Shown: positions 17,406-27,446 of the stretch, piece after piece | Position numbering within the stretch: position 1 is the first letter of the stretch | Layout of the letters: every line of letters begins with the position of its first letter | Virus record (IMG/VR): IMGVR_UViG_3300025425_001694 | Source of the DNA: a virus | Length of the DNA: 64,000 nt | Direction: 5' to 3' (one strand) | Translations under genes and position numbers: made by a program | The notes under the pieces: generated by a model | Seen by the model: the letters and a program-made list of their open reading frames with translations, nothing else | Told to the model about the DNA's origin: nothing | Database searches by the model: none

Positions 17406-17942
17406 ATGAAAGAATGGTTTGAAGGAAAAACTGTTGCTGTAGTTGGAAACGCTGCATCTCTCATAGAAAAAAAATACGGTGAAGAAATAGACACTGCTGA
17501 TGCTGTTGTAAGAATAAACCGTGGCGGTTATAGGTTTCCGCAATTCGAAAAACAAATGGGTAAAAAACTCAACGTGTGGTGTGTGCAAAACATACGCCAA
17601 AATAAAAAGTGGATTCAAAATCCGTTAATAAAATCGGCTCATATAATGCAAATGGATACGATAGATATATCTCCACAGTTTATAGAAATGGCTGATATGG
17701 TGTTTACCAAAAAAGATAGACATGCGTTAGATAAAAGCTTGCCAAAGAAATCTTCTACAGGTCTTAGGGTTCTTTATTATATAGCCAAACACAATCCAGA
17801 AAAAGTTTTTGTATATGGCTTTGATTGGAAAGAAACGTATTCTTGGCATGAAAAAAGAAAATGTATAGCACACAACTTTGAGGAAGAAAAGAAGTATTGC
17901 TATGATAACTTTTTTAATAACCAATTTGAATTAAGGAATTGA
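17406..17942 (+). CDS. GT29 (sialyltransferase-like) glycosyltransferase, paralogue 1
   Basis: Sialylmotif L VAVVGN...YG.EID..D.V.R.N; STGL; VYGFD; H....E. Confidence 0.75.
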   Translation: MKEWFEGKTVAVVGNAASLIEKKYGEEIDTADAVVRINRGGYRFPQFEKQMGKKLNVWCVQNIRQNKKWIQNPLIKSAHIMQMDTIDISPQFIEMADMVFTKKDRHALDKSLPKKSSTGLRVLYYIAKHNPEKVFVYGFDWKETYSWHEKRKCIAHNFEEEKKYCYDNFFNNQFELRN

Positions 17943-17943
17943 A

Positions 17944-18996
17944 ATGAACTTTTTCGTGGCATCATCTTCAAAGGCTACTGCGCATATAGCAGAAGTATTG
18001 TGCTCGCCAAGAATTAAGTATTTCTCTGAAAATACTACTATACCAAAGCATGTAATGCCAAAGGACTTTAAACACCACTTTGATAATTCTGATGCTTTAA
18101 TACTCAACGGTACATGGGGTTCCAAACTAAGAAAGAAATTGTATTTGCCAAAGTGCGAGAATGGAGTCTGGAAAGATGGGAATATTCCTAGACACATTTA
18201 CAAGGGAAACAAACTACCTGACAAAAGCAGATTTGCAATATTGGATTACATTAATTCAGAACTAGTGCTACTTGCGCGGAAACAGAAAAAGCCGATTATC
18301 GTTTTAGAGAGTGCAACTATTTCTCGAGCCGAAAAGAATTATGCTAAAGATTACGATCATAAAAATTTTGTAAGGATTAGCTTGGACAATTGGTCATACG
18401 GTGACGGCAAATGGTTGGATGAAAACAATGTGGACAACATAAGAACTGTAAATGCATCGCGTCTTTATAATCACCAATGGAAATCAGAGAAAGAAGGTAG
18501 CATATACATATTTACCGGTCTTGAGACAGACCCAACTAGTACCATGCCAATCGAACAATTTATCACAAGTTCTATAAAAAAAATAAGAAACCATACAAAT
18601 AAAAGAATATGTATAAAAGTACATCCTGGCTCAAAAAATAATAAAGCAATCGGACTCAAGTTAAAAAACTACGAGAACGTAGATTTAATAGAAAAACGTG
18701 TTCCTATTCAAAACTTCTATCAGGACATGTACTGCGCAGTGATAGACAATTCAACGAGCATCTTTGAACTAATAGACGCAGGAATACCAACTTTCTGCTC
18801 AGACACAAACTTTGGATCTTTATTACATAACACAGATCTAAATAATATATGCGATCCCTACTTCGCGACTCAAAAAGAAATACTTAACTGGACCAATAAA
18901 ATGTCCTGCACTGAATTTACTAAAAAAGACATCAGTTCACCAAACATAGTGCATATACTCGAAAAGCTAGTAAGGAAGAATAAGGAATTCAAATGA
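17944..18996 (+). CDS. Putative glycosyltransferase (capsule-biosynthesis-like GT-B)
   Basis: IKVHP ... NSTS..E.I.AGIP motif. Confidence 0.55.
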   Translation: MNFFVASSSKATAHIAEVLCSPRIKYFSENTTIPKHVMPKDFKHHFDNSDALILNGTWGSKLRKKLYLPKCENGVWKDGNIPRHIYKGNKLPDKSRFAILDYINSELVLLARKQKKPIIVLESATISRAEKNYAKDYDHKNFVRISLDNWSYGDGKWLDENNVDNIRTVNASRLYNHQWKSEKEGSIYIFTGLETDPTSTMPIEQFITSSIKKIRNHTNKRICIKVHPGSKNNKAIGLKLKNYENVDLIEKRVPIQNFYQDMYCAVIDNSTSIFELIDAGIPTFCSDTNFGSLLHNTDLNNICDPYFATQKEILNWTNKMSCTEFTKKDISSPNIVHILEKLVRKNKEFK

Positions 18997-19784
18997 AAAA
19001 AATAAATGCAGTAACTTGTTTTAGTCTAAAAGGTTGGAGAGAGACTGGTGGTCTATTAGTAAATGGCTTTATTAAATATTGGCCTAAAGAAACAACTCTT
19101 ACCGTGTACGTTGATGATCCAATTCCAAAGAAGGATCTAATACGCGACCCTAGAGTAAAGTACGAGATACTCAATCACAAAGATCTTTTGGCGTTTAAAA
19201 ATAGACACAAGAATAATACAGAAGCAAACGGAGGTGGCAAGTATTTAGTGAAGGGTGCTAAAAACTATAAGTACGATGCTGTTCGTTTTAGTCATAAGGT
19301 GTTTACTCTGTTTCAATTTCTAGAAACAAATGACACCGACATTCTTATATGGCTTGACGGTGATAGTAGAACACATTCGCCTGTTAGTATAAATAATATT
19401 AACAGTTGGTTGCCAACAGGTAAATTTGCTGGGTATCTTGCTCGTCCTTGGATGTATACAGAAACAGGGTTCCATATTTTTGACGTAAAGCACAAAATAG
19501 CAAATGATTTTTTAAATATGTGGAAGCAATATTATTTAGACGATAGCATTTTTCAATTAACAATGTGGACTGATTGCCATACGTACGACGCTGCTAAAAC
19601 TCACTTTGAAGATTTGCATTGGTTTAATCTTAGTCCTCCTGTTAAAAACAACCACCCTTTTATTAATGGCCCGCTTGGCGAATTCATGGATCATATGAAG
19701 GGTCCTCGTAAAGCAAAAGGTACAAGTCATAAAAAAGATTTGGTAGTTCGAAGAAAAAATACTTATTGGGATAACGTAAAATGA
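18993..19784 (+). CDS. Putative GT-A glycosyltransferase
   Basis: DAVRFSHKV, WLDGD (DxD), ETGF, DHMKG. Confidence 0.65.
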   Translation: MKKINAVTCFSLKGWRETGGLLVNGFIKYWPKETTLTVYVDDPIPKKDLIRDPRVKYEILNHKDLLAFKNRHKNNTEANGGGKYLVKGAKNYKYDAVRFSHKVFTLFQFLETNDTDILIWLDGDSRTHSPVSINNINSWLPTGKFAGYLARPWMYTETGFHIFDVKHKIANDFLNMWKQYYLDDSIFQLTMWTDCHTYDAAKTHFEDLHWFNLSPPVKNNHPFINGPLGEFMDHMKGPRKAKGTSHKKDLVVRRKNTYWDNVK

Positions 19785-20668
19785 TATATTCTTTTATGTC
19801 AGGCAAAGGAGAACAAGATCTTTATGTAAGGCATTTTGGTGCTTCTGTCGGTGCAAAGCTGGTTTGGACAAAACATTTTTTTACAAAAACACAAGGTAAC
19901 AGTCAAGTACCGGGCAGTATTAGAAAACGGCCGCTACCACAGAACGTAACTGGAATTATATTTGCAGGCATGCTCCGTGGAAACGCGCATTTATTTCAAT
20001 TGGCGAAGCAATATAATATTGATTTTTATTACATTGATCATGCGTATTTTAACTCAGGATATAAAAATCCACACTGGATGCGGATTATAAAAAACGGATT
20101 TGCTCAGAACGCAATCATTTCTCAAAGAGATAATAACAGATACAAATCCAACTTTAACACAGATTTTAAAGACTATAGTTTTAAAGACAAAAAAAATATT
20201 GTTGTCCTTCCGCCTAGCAACGTTGTTTCAAAAGTTTTCGACAAAGGCGCTTGGGAGGAAGATGTAATTACTACGTTAAGAAAACATACAGATCGTCCTA
20301 TTGTTATAAGAAAAAAAGTTGGTACTAACATTGACAAGTTATTATATAGTCCGATTAAACAAAAAAACAAAATTGTATATGCAACATCTTTAGAAGAAGA
20401 ACTCGAAAATGCATACTGTGTTGTTGCATTTAATAGCTCAGTAGCATTAGACGCATTAAGATTAGGAATTCCAGTTATATGCGACAAGTTTTGCCCAGCA
20501 TATCCATTATCGCATTCTCTTTCTCAAATTGAAAATTTGCAGGAAAAAAGTAGAAAGCAATTATTTAATAGCCTAGCTTGTGGTCAATTTACATTAGAAG
20601 AAGCTAGAAATATTAAAACATTTAACTATATTAACACAATTAGACAATGGAGTGGAAAGTTCCCATGA
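19781..20668 (+). CDS. Putative glycosyltransferase (capsule-biosynthesis-like)
   Basis: YIDHAY, HTDRPIVIRKK, FNSSVALDAL..GIPV; related to ORF 17944. Confidence 0.55.
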   Translation: MIYSFMSGKGEQDLYVRHFGASVGAKLVWTKHFFTKTQGNSQVPGSIRKRPLPQNVTGIIFAGMLRGNAHLFQLAKQYNIDFYYIDHAYFNSGYKNPHWMRIIKNGFAQNAIISQRDNNRYKSNFNTDFKDYSFKDKKNIVVLPPSNVVSKVFDKGAWEEDVITTLRKHTDRPIVIRKKVGTNIDKLLYSPIKQKNKIVYATSLEEELENAYCVVAFNSSVALDALRLGIPVICDKFCPAYPLSHSLSQIENLQEKSRKQLFNSLACGQFTLEEARNIKTFNYINTIRQWSGKFP

Positions 20669-21825
20669 AATACAGATTAGCGAATGATACCTGGGGTAAA
20701 GAGGAAATTGGCGCAATACAAAGGGTTATAGATAGCGGCCGCTATACTATGGGTGAAGAAGTAAAAAAATATGAAAAACAATTCGCTGAGTTTTTTGGAA
20801 GTAAATATGCTGTAATGACAAATAGCGGAAGTAGTGCTAATTTAATTACAATTGCTACACTAGCTTTAAATCCAAAATACAAAAACAAAGGAAATATAAT
20901 AGTCCCGGCTGTTAGCTGGAGTACAACATATTTTCCTGTTCATCAGTGGGGATATAAATTAAGATTTGTTGATGTAGATCCAAATACTTTTAATATAGAC
21001 CCTAAGAAGGTAGAAGAAGCTATAGATGAAGACACTGCTGCTGTTTTTGCAGTTAATCTATTAGGAAATCCAGCACATCTCAATGACTTAAAAAACATAT
21101 GCGAAAAAAATAATATTACACTCCTAGAAGATAATTGCGAAAGCTTGGGCGCAATTGAATACGGAAAGCACTGTGGATCAGTTGGTGAAATGGGAACGTT
21201 TAGTTTCTTTTTTAGTCATCATATGCAAACCATGGAAGGTGGAATGGTTCTTACAAATGATGATATTACTTACGAGTATTTAAAAAGTTTAAGAGCACAC
21301 GGTTGGATCCGTGACATGTCTGACGATAGCCCGTTATATGAAAAATCTGGAGATCCTTTTGAAGATAGTTTTAAATTTATATTACCAGGATATTGCGTAA
21401 GGCCGCTAGAAATGAGTGGTGCTATTGGTCAAGTACAACTCGCTAAATGGCCAAGTATGATGGAAGGTCGTAGAAAAAACGCAGTTGAAGCTAAACGAAT
21501 ATTTGCCGATGTTCCTAATATAAGACTTCAGCAAGAACACGAAGTTAGTAGTTGGTTTGGTTTTGGTCTAGTGTTAGAAGGATCTTTGGCAGGAAACAGG
21601 AAAAAGGTAATAGCCGAATTAACAAAACACGGCGTAGAAACCCGCCCGATTGTAGCAGGAAACTTTATGCGAAATCCTGTTATAGACAGATTAAATTGGG
21701 ATAGCGTTGGAGATTTTACTGGAACTGATAAATTACATTTTGATGGTTTTTTCGTTGGTAACGATTGTGTAGATCTTTCTGATAATATACAAATGGCGGC
21801 AGACGCAATAAGGAATATAAAATGA
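20665..21825 (+). CDS. colD: GDP-4-keto-6-deoxymannose 3-dehydratase (ColD-like; DegT/DnrJ family)
   Basis: NSGSSAN, EDNCES, SFFFSHHMQTMEGG with His at the usual PLP-Lys position. Confidence 0.8.
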   Translation: MKYRLANDTWGKEEIGAIQRVIDSGRYTMGEEVKKYEKQFAEFFGSKYAVMTNSGSSANLITIATLALNPKYKNKGNIIVPAVSWSTTYFPVHQWGYKLRFVDVDPNTFNIDPKKVEEAIDEDTAAVFAVNLLGNPAHLNDLKNICEKNNITLLEDNCESLGAIEYGKHCGSVGEMGTFSFFFSHHMQTMEGGMVLTNDDITYEYLKSLRAHGWIRDMSDDSPLYEKSGDPFEDSFKFILPGYCVRPLEMSGAIGQVQLAKWPSMMEGRRKNAVEAKRIFADVPNIRLQQEHEVSSWFGFGLVLEGSLAGNRKKVIAELTKHGVETRPIVAGNFMRNPVIDRLNWDSVGDFTGTDKLHFDGFFVGNDCVDLSDNIQMAADAIRNIK

Positions 21826-22823
21826 AAACTGCTCTGATTACTGGCTTCCCAGGACAGGATGCATGCTATCTTGCCGATCTTCTTTTAGAAAAAGGTTATA
21901 TCGTATATGGATTAGTAAAAAGATATACGAGTCCAAATTGGTCAAATATTGAATATTTAAATTTATTCGAAAGAGGTCTTAAAACCATCATCGGGGATGT
22001 TACAGACCCCTGTAGTATGATGGATGCAATGGAAATAGCGAAACCTAACGAATTTTATAACCTTGCAGCTCAAAGCTTTGTTGGTGGTTCTTGGAGATTA
22101 GCTTATGTAACTACACATGTTGACGCTATCGGCCCACTTAATTGTCTTGAAGCTATTCGGCGAATTAAACCTGATACTAAATTTTATCAGGCTGGTACAA
22201 GTGAAATGTTTGGAAATAGTAATGTAAACGGAAGACAAACAGAAAAGACACCGTTTGAACCAGCAAGTCCGTATGGAATAGCAAAACTATATGGTTACCA
22301 TATAACAAAAAATTACCGCGAAAGTTATAACGCGTTTGCATGCACAGGTATACTTTTTAATCATGAATCTTCGATACGTGGAATTGAATTTGTTTCAAGG
22401 AAAATCACGAACGGTGTAGCAAAAATAGTGTTAGGGAAATCTGATAAAATTGTATTAGGAAATCTTGACGCTGAAAGAGATTGGGGTCATGCCAAAGATT
22501 ACGTGAGAGCCCAGTGGCTTATGCTTCAAGAAGACAAACCTGATGATTTTATTATCGCAACTGGTATTAAACACAGTGTACGTGATCTATGCAAGATAGC
22601 TTTCGAAACGGCAGGAATATCAGATTGGGAACAGTATGTTAAATCCGACAAAGAATTTGAAAGACCAAATGAATTGCACAGTTTACATGCTGATTCAAAT
22701 AAAGCAAAAAACATATTGAACTGGGAACCAGAATATACGTTTGAAAAAATGATATCTGAAATGGTTGAAGATGATATATCTAGACACAAAATTTTAAACG
22801 TTAGTGGCACTTTTAAATTATGA
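21822..22823 (+). CDS. gmd: GDP-mannose 4,6-dehydratase
   Basis: ALITGFPGQD, NLAAQSFV, SPYGIAKLY, GILFNHES, RDWGHAKDYV. Confidence 0.93.
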   Translation: MKTALITGFPGQDACYLADLLLEKGYIVYGLVKRYTSPNWSNIEYLNLFERGLKTIIGDVTDPCSMMDAMEIAKPNEFYNLAAQSFVGGSWRLAYVTTHVDAIGPLNCLEAIRRIKPDTKFYQAGTSEMFGNSNVNGRQTEKTPFEPASPYGIAKLYGYHITKNYRESYNAFACTGILFNHESSIRGIEFVSRKITNGVAKIVLGKSDKIVLGNLDAERDWGHAKDYVRAQWLMLQEDKPDDFIIATGIKHSVRDLCKIAFETAGISDWEQYVKSDKEFERPNELHSLHADSNKAKNILNWEPEYTFEKMISEMVEDDISRHKILNVSGTFKL

Positions 22824-23359
22824 AAATAGTAATCACTGGCCATACAAGTGGTCTTGGAAAAACATTATATGAAACTCTTTCAAAAAAGCATGAAGTTGTA
22901 GGATTAAGCCGAGCAACTGGTAACGATTTAAACGACGGCGTTAATTCTTTCTTAATAAATGATTTTGATTTATATATTAATAATGCGCATTGTAAATACT
23001 TTCAATCAGATCTTTTATACGAGTTGTTTAATCGGAATAAATATAGAAAATGCGCAATAATTAATATTGGAAGTGTAAGCGCAGACGGCAATAAAGATAT
23101 GGTAAATGAATACGCTATTCATAAAGCCTCGCTTGAAAAAGCATGTTTGCAATTACAACTTATCGATTCTGATTGTAAAATAATTCATATGAAGCTAGGG
23201 AGAATGAATACTCCTATGACTGAGCACAGAAAAGAATATCCTAGGATGAATACTGATTACATAACTAGTACTATTGAATGGATTATGAGTCAACCAAAAG
23301 AAATAATAATAAAAAATTTGACACTAGATATAATGCATAGTAGAAGGAAACTTGTATAA
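22820..23359 (+). CDS. Short-chain dehydrogenase/reductase
   Basis: TGHTSGLG, INNA, INIGS, YAIHK. Confidence 0.8.
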   Translation: MKIVITGHTSGLGKTLYETLSKKHEVVGLSRATGNDLNDGVNSFLINDFDLYINNAHCKYFQSDLLYELFNRNKYRKCAIINIGSVSADGNKDMVNEYAIHKASLEKACLQLQLIDSDCKIIHMKLGRMNTPMTEHRKEYPRMNTDYITSTIEWIMSQPKEIIIKNLTLDIMHSRRKLV

Positions 23360-24036
23360 TGATACCAATTTTTATGGGATACGATAAAAGAGAAGCAACA
23401 GCATATCATGTTTGTGCTAATTCTATTATTCGGCATGCAACATCTCCAATAAGTTTAAATCCTTTATCACTTAATCTTTTAAATGGTTACGAGGAAAAAC
23501 ATTCAGATGGTAGTAATCATTTTATATACAGCCGGTTTCTTATTCCACATTTGATGGAATATAAAGGATGGGCTATTTTTATTGACGGAGATATGATATT
23601 ACGCGATGACATATCAAAACTTTGGGAAATGCGAGACGAATCAAAAGCAGTTATGGTAGTAAAGCATGACTATAAAACCAAAATGTCTGAAAAATATTTA
23701 GGATCAAAAAACGAAGATTACCCTCGCAAAAATTGGTCAAGTGTAATTTTATGGAACTGTGAGCATCCTGAAAATAGAATTGTTACTACAGATTTTGTTT
23801 CAAATGCAACAGGGGCGCAAGTTCATAGGTTTACATGGTTAGAAGATAATTTAATCGGTGAATTGCCTATTGAATGGAATTGGCTACCAGACGAGTTTGG
23901 GCCAAATGAAGATGCCAAATTATTACATTATACTTTAGGAACACCGTGTTTTCATGATTTTGCTGATTCTCCAATGGCTGATGAATGGCACCGGGAAAGA
24001 ATATATATGGACTATAGTCAACAACACGGGTTATGA
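23359..24036 (+). CDS. GT-A glycosyltransferase (GT8/CDI-like)
   Basis: YSRFL, DGD, YPRKNWSSVILWN, LPIEWNWL, HYTLGTP. Confidence 0.8.
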   Translation: MIPIFMGYDKREATAYHVCANSIIRHATSPISLNPLSLNLLNGYEEKHSDGSNHFIYSRFLIPHLMEYKGWAIFIDGDMILRDDISKLWEMRDESKAVMVVKHDYKTKMSEKYLGSKNEDYPRKNWSSVILWNCEHPENRIVTTDFVSNATGAQVHRFTWLEDNLIGELPIEWNWLPDEFGPNEDAKLLHYTLGTPCFHDFADSPMADEWHRERIYMDYSQQHGL

Positions 24037-24042
24037 TATATT

Positions 24043-24552
24043 ATGAAAGAAGTATTTGAAGGTAAAACAATTTCTATTGTTGGAAATGCAAGAAGTTTGT
24101 TTGATAAAAAATACGGAAATGAAATAGATAACCATGATGTAGTTTGTAGAATTAAAAGAGGATTTTTCCTGCTAAAACCATCTGATGTTATTTCACACGG
24201 TACAAAAACAGACGTTTGGTTTTTAAATTGGTTTAAAACTATGAACCCCAATAAAGTTACCAACAAAACGTGTGATAATATTATTGAAATTCTGTATCAT
24301 CCTGAAATAAATGAAAAATGGTTAGTAAAAGATTTGGGTCATCATCGCCCATCAACTGGACTAAGAATATTACATTTAATATCTTTGTACAAACCAAAGA
24401 CTGTAAATGTTTACGGTTTTGATTGGAAAAAGACGCCGTCGTTTCATGATAAAAAAATGATTGACGAAAGGCACAACTTTGCGTTAGAAAAAGACTATTG
24501 TCGTATACGGTTTTTTGAAAAACAAAAAGAGGTTTTTAAATTAATAAAATGA
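24043..24552 (+). CDS. GT29-like glycosyltransferase, paralogue 2
   Basis: ISIVGNA..YG.EID.HD.V.R; PSTGL; VYGFD; HNFALE. Confidence 0.72.
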   Translation: MKEVFEGKTISIVGNARSLFDKKYGNEIDNHDVVCRIKRGFFLLKPSDVISHGTKTDVWFLNWFKTMNPNKVTNKTCDNIIEILYHPEINEKWLVKDLGHHRPSTGLRILHLISLYKPKTVNVYGFDWKKTPSFHDKKMIDERHNFALEKDYCRIRFFEKQKEVFKLIK

Positions 24553-25109
24553 AAGAATGGTTTGAAGGAAAAACTGTTGCCGTGGTTGGAAACTCTATGG
24601 CGCTATTTAGTAAAAAATACGGAAACGAAATTGATTCCCACGACGTTGTGGTGCGCTTAAATAAAGCTGCCATGTTATATACAAGAATGCGTGTTCCGCT
24701 AAGTCACGGAAGTAAAACTAGCGTGTGGGTGTTTTGGAATACTTCTGAATATAAATTATTTTTTGAAAAAATACCAAAACATGTTAAAAAAATACACGCA
24801 GGACATCAGGCCAGGACTCCAGGTAATCTCAATAAAGTAGATTTTGTATACCCAGATTCTTTGTATAAACACTTGAAGTTAAAATCTGGGCGCCATAAAA
24901 ATCCTACAACAGGTTTAATCACGCTAGATTATATATCTACATGCGATCCAAAGAGTGTTACTGTTTACGGGTTTGACTGGAAAGAAACTGCAACGTTTAC
25001 AGATCCAGAAAAGAAAAGAGAACGCGGATGTCCACATGATTATCCTGTAGAAAAGGAATACTGCATGACAACGTTTTTTTCAAAGAATAACTTTTCTCTA
25101 AGAAGCTAA
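24549..25109 (+). CDS. GT29-like glycosyltransferase, paralogue 3
   Basis: VAVVGNS..YG.EIDSHDVVVRLN; PTTGL; VYGFD; HDYPVE. Confidence 0.75.
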   Translation: MKEWFEGKTVAVVGNSMALFSKKYGNEIDSHDVVVRLNKAAMLYTRMRVPLSHGSKTSVWVFWNTSEYKLFFEKIPKHVKKIHAGHQARTPGNLNKVDFVYPDSLYKHLKLKSGRHKNPTTGLITLDYISTCDPKSVTVYGFDWKETATFTDPEKKRERGCPHDYPVEKEYCMTTFFSKNNFSLRS

Positions 25110-25112
25110 TAT

Positions 25113-25120
25113 TATAAATA
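25113..25120 (+). promoter_or_regulatory. T4-type late promoter
   Basis: TATAAATA. Confidence 0.75.
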
Positions 25121-25151
25121 AAATAGAATTCATATGACCTAGGGGTATTTC

Positions 25152-27446
25152 ATGGTTGAGAAGAAAAAAGATAAAAAAGATCTTAAAAAAATAAAAGATC
25201 ATAATCCTAGCGATTATATTGAAACAAAGCCAACTATGTCTGAGGCTTTAAAGAAATCCGTGGTAGTAACTTTTGGTAGGTTTAACCCTATCACAGTTGG
25301 TCACGAAAAATTGATAAACAAAGTAATAACCGAAGCTGCGACACGTAAGGCTGATGCTGCAGTTTACATGTCGCATTCTCAAGATTCAAAAAAGAACCCT
25401 TTAAGTTATGATCAAAAAATATCGCTTGGGCAAAAAGCCTATGGTGGAATTGTAAAAAAATCTCCGTCAAGAACAATTATTGAAGTAGCTAAAGAATTAT
25501 CTAAAAAATATAGTACTTTTATACTTGTTGTTGGATCTGATAGAGTCAAAGAGTTTGAAGCACTTTTGAAAAAATATAATGAATTAGATTATACTTTTGA
25601 AAATATTGAAATAGTTTCTGCTGGCGAGAGAGATCCTGACTCTGACGGTGTGTCTGGAATGTCTGCATCAAAGATGAGAAAGGCCGCGGAAACTGGAAAT
25701 GTTGTTTCTTTTAAACAAGGTCTGCCTAAAAAGTTAAAAATATCTGCGGTATCTATAATGAACATGGTTCGTAAAGGTATGAATATTACAGAAGAACTTG
25801 ACGAAGAAAATCTTTCAGAAAGAGAACCACTTTCAATTCAACAAAGACGTAAAAGAGCTTTGGTAATGAGAAAGTACAAAACAAAAATAAAAATGGCACG
25901 TGAAAGATCTAGAAGAAAAATGGCTCCAAAAGAAAAGCTATTAAAAAGATCTAGAAAATCCGCTATTAATTTTATGAGAGACAGGTTATCTAAAAACAAA
26001 AAGTATTCTGCAATGTCAACAGCAGAAAAAATTACTTTGGACCGAAGATTACAAAAAATTCCTGGAAAAGTAATAGATCGTATTGCAACCCGTCTTTTAC
26101 CTAAAGTTAGAACTGCAGAAAAAGAACGTCTTGCCGGTGTTTTAAACCCGCAAAAGAATGAAGATATTTATGATATCAATAATATGTTTGAAACCTTTTT
26201 AGAATCAACATCAACAAAACCACAGGACCCTGATGTAAAAGATATGCCTGGTTCGCAACCAAAAGGTTATTATAAGGGTGTTGAAAAAGATAAAAAAGAC
26301 GATAGAGCTAGACATTTTGCAAAGCACGGTAAAATGGATGATGATAATCCCGACGCGTATAAACCAGCACCCGGTGATAAAGAAGCTAAAACAAAACCGT
26401 CTGTTCATACGAAAAAATTTAAAGATATGTTTGGCGAAAATCCAACTACCAGCGTAGTTCGTAAAAGACCTCATATGGCTTTAGAAAAAAACGGTTCTGT
26501 TAAATTTGACAAGCGGTTTAAAATATTTAAACCAAAAGAAAACTCAGTGAACGAAAGCCATGAAGACTTTAACGAAGATCTTGTAAACCTTATTAACTAT
26601 GTAGACGATTTTGTTATATCAGAAGATTTTGCTATTTTAACAGAATCAGATTCTTCAGCAGCACTTAAGAAAAAAGCAGAGAAAACCGGAATATCATACG
26701 GCATTCTAAAGAAGGTTTTTGATCGCGGCGTAGCTGCTTGGAGAACTGGCCACAGACCAGGAACAAACCCAACACAATGGGGATTTGCTAGAGTTAATTC
26801 ATTTGCTACTAAAGGTAAAGGAACCTGGGGAAAAGCAGATAAAGACTTGGCAGATAAAGTTAGAAAGGAACAGTTTAATTTGACAACAGGAGAAGAGCAA
26901 TTCTTAAACCTTGATGAACAAATTATGCTAAATAAAATTCTTGAAAAAATACACAATCACGTTTTAAAAGGCGAAAATTTAAAAGATGTAATCGAAGAAA
27001 TTGAAACCCTCATGAATACAGGAATTCCAGAGAGGCATTTGGAAGTAGAATACTTAAAAAAATATAATGATGAGTATATACACACCGAAGTACAGAGTGA
27101 AGACAGTGAAAGTTTATTAAAAAGAAACCAGTTACTTAAAAAATATGGTTATAAAGCAGAAAATAAAGTAAAAGATTCAAAAGATTCTTCGGCTGATAGA
27201 GAATATGGTACTGACGAATTAACTAAAAAATATAAAAAAGACACACCAGGCCAAACCAACGAAGAAGCTTCATTAAACTCAGTTATAAGTAGGGGTGATA
27301 CTGTCACGTTTAAACATGACTTAGTTACAAACAACACGAAAACTCTCGAGGGAATTTTTGTTGGAACTGATGGAGCTACTGGCAGAGCTAAAATAAAAAC
27401 AGGGGACGGTAAATTGTATATCGTAAAACATGATGAAATCGTTTAA
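25152..27446 (+). CDS. HIGH-family (cytidylyl/NMN-adenylyl-transferase-like) nucleotidyltransferase fused to a long modular basic tail
   Basis: FGRFNPITVGH, KKNPL, VVGSDR, SAGERD, MSASKMR; about 550 aa of further modules. Confidence 0.8.
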   Translation: MVEKKKDKKDLKKIKDHNPSDYIETKPTMSEALKKSVVVTFGRFNPITVGHEKLINKVITEAATRKADAAVYMSHSQDSKKNPLSYDQKISLGQKAYGGIVKKSPSRTIIEVAKELSKKYSTFILVVGSDRVKEFEALLKKYNELDYTFENIEIVSAGERDPDSDGVSGMSASKMRKAAETGNVVSFKQGLPKKLKISAVSIMNMVRKGMNITEELDEENLSEREPLSIQQRRKRALVMRKYKTKIKMARERSRRKMAPKEKLLKRSRKSAINFMRDRLSKNKKYSAMSTAEKITLDRRLQKIPGKVIDRIATRLLPKVRTAEKERLAGVLNPQKNEDIYDINNMFETFLESTSTKPQDPDVKDMPGSQPKGYYKGVEKDKKDDRARHFAKHGKMDDDNPDAYKPAPGDKEAKTKPSVHTKKFKDMFGENPTTSVVRKRPHMALEKNGSVKFDKRFKIFKPKENSVNESHEDFNEDLVNLINYVDDFVISEDFAILTESDSSAALKKKAEKTGISYGILKKVFDRGVAAWRTGHRPGTNPTQWGFARVNSFATKGKGTWGKADKDLADKVRKEQFNLTTGEEQFLNLDEQIMLNKILEKIHNHVLKGENLKDVIEEIETLMNTGIPERHLEVEYLKKYNDEYIHTEVQSEDSESLLKRNQLLKKYGYKAENKVKDSKDSSADREYGTDELTKKYKKDTPGQTNEEASLNSVISRGDTVTFKHDLVTNNTKTLEGIFVGTDGATGRAKIKTGDGKLYIVKHDEIV

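Noticed and set aside
20665-21825. Perosamine synthase (aminotransferase) call
   Set aside because: The Schiff-base Lys position is His (SHH), which favours a ColD-type dehydratase.
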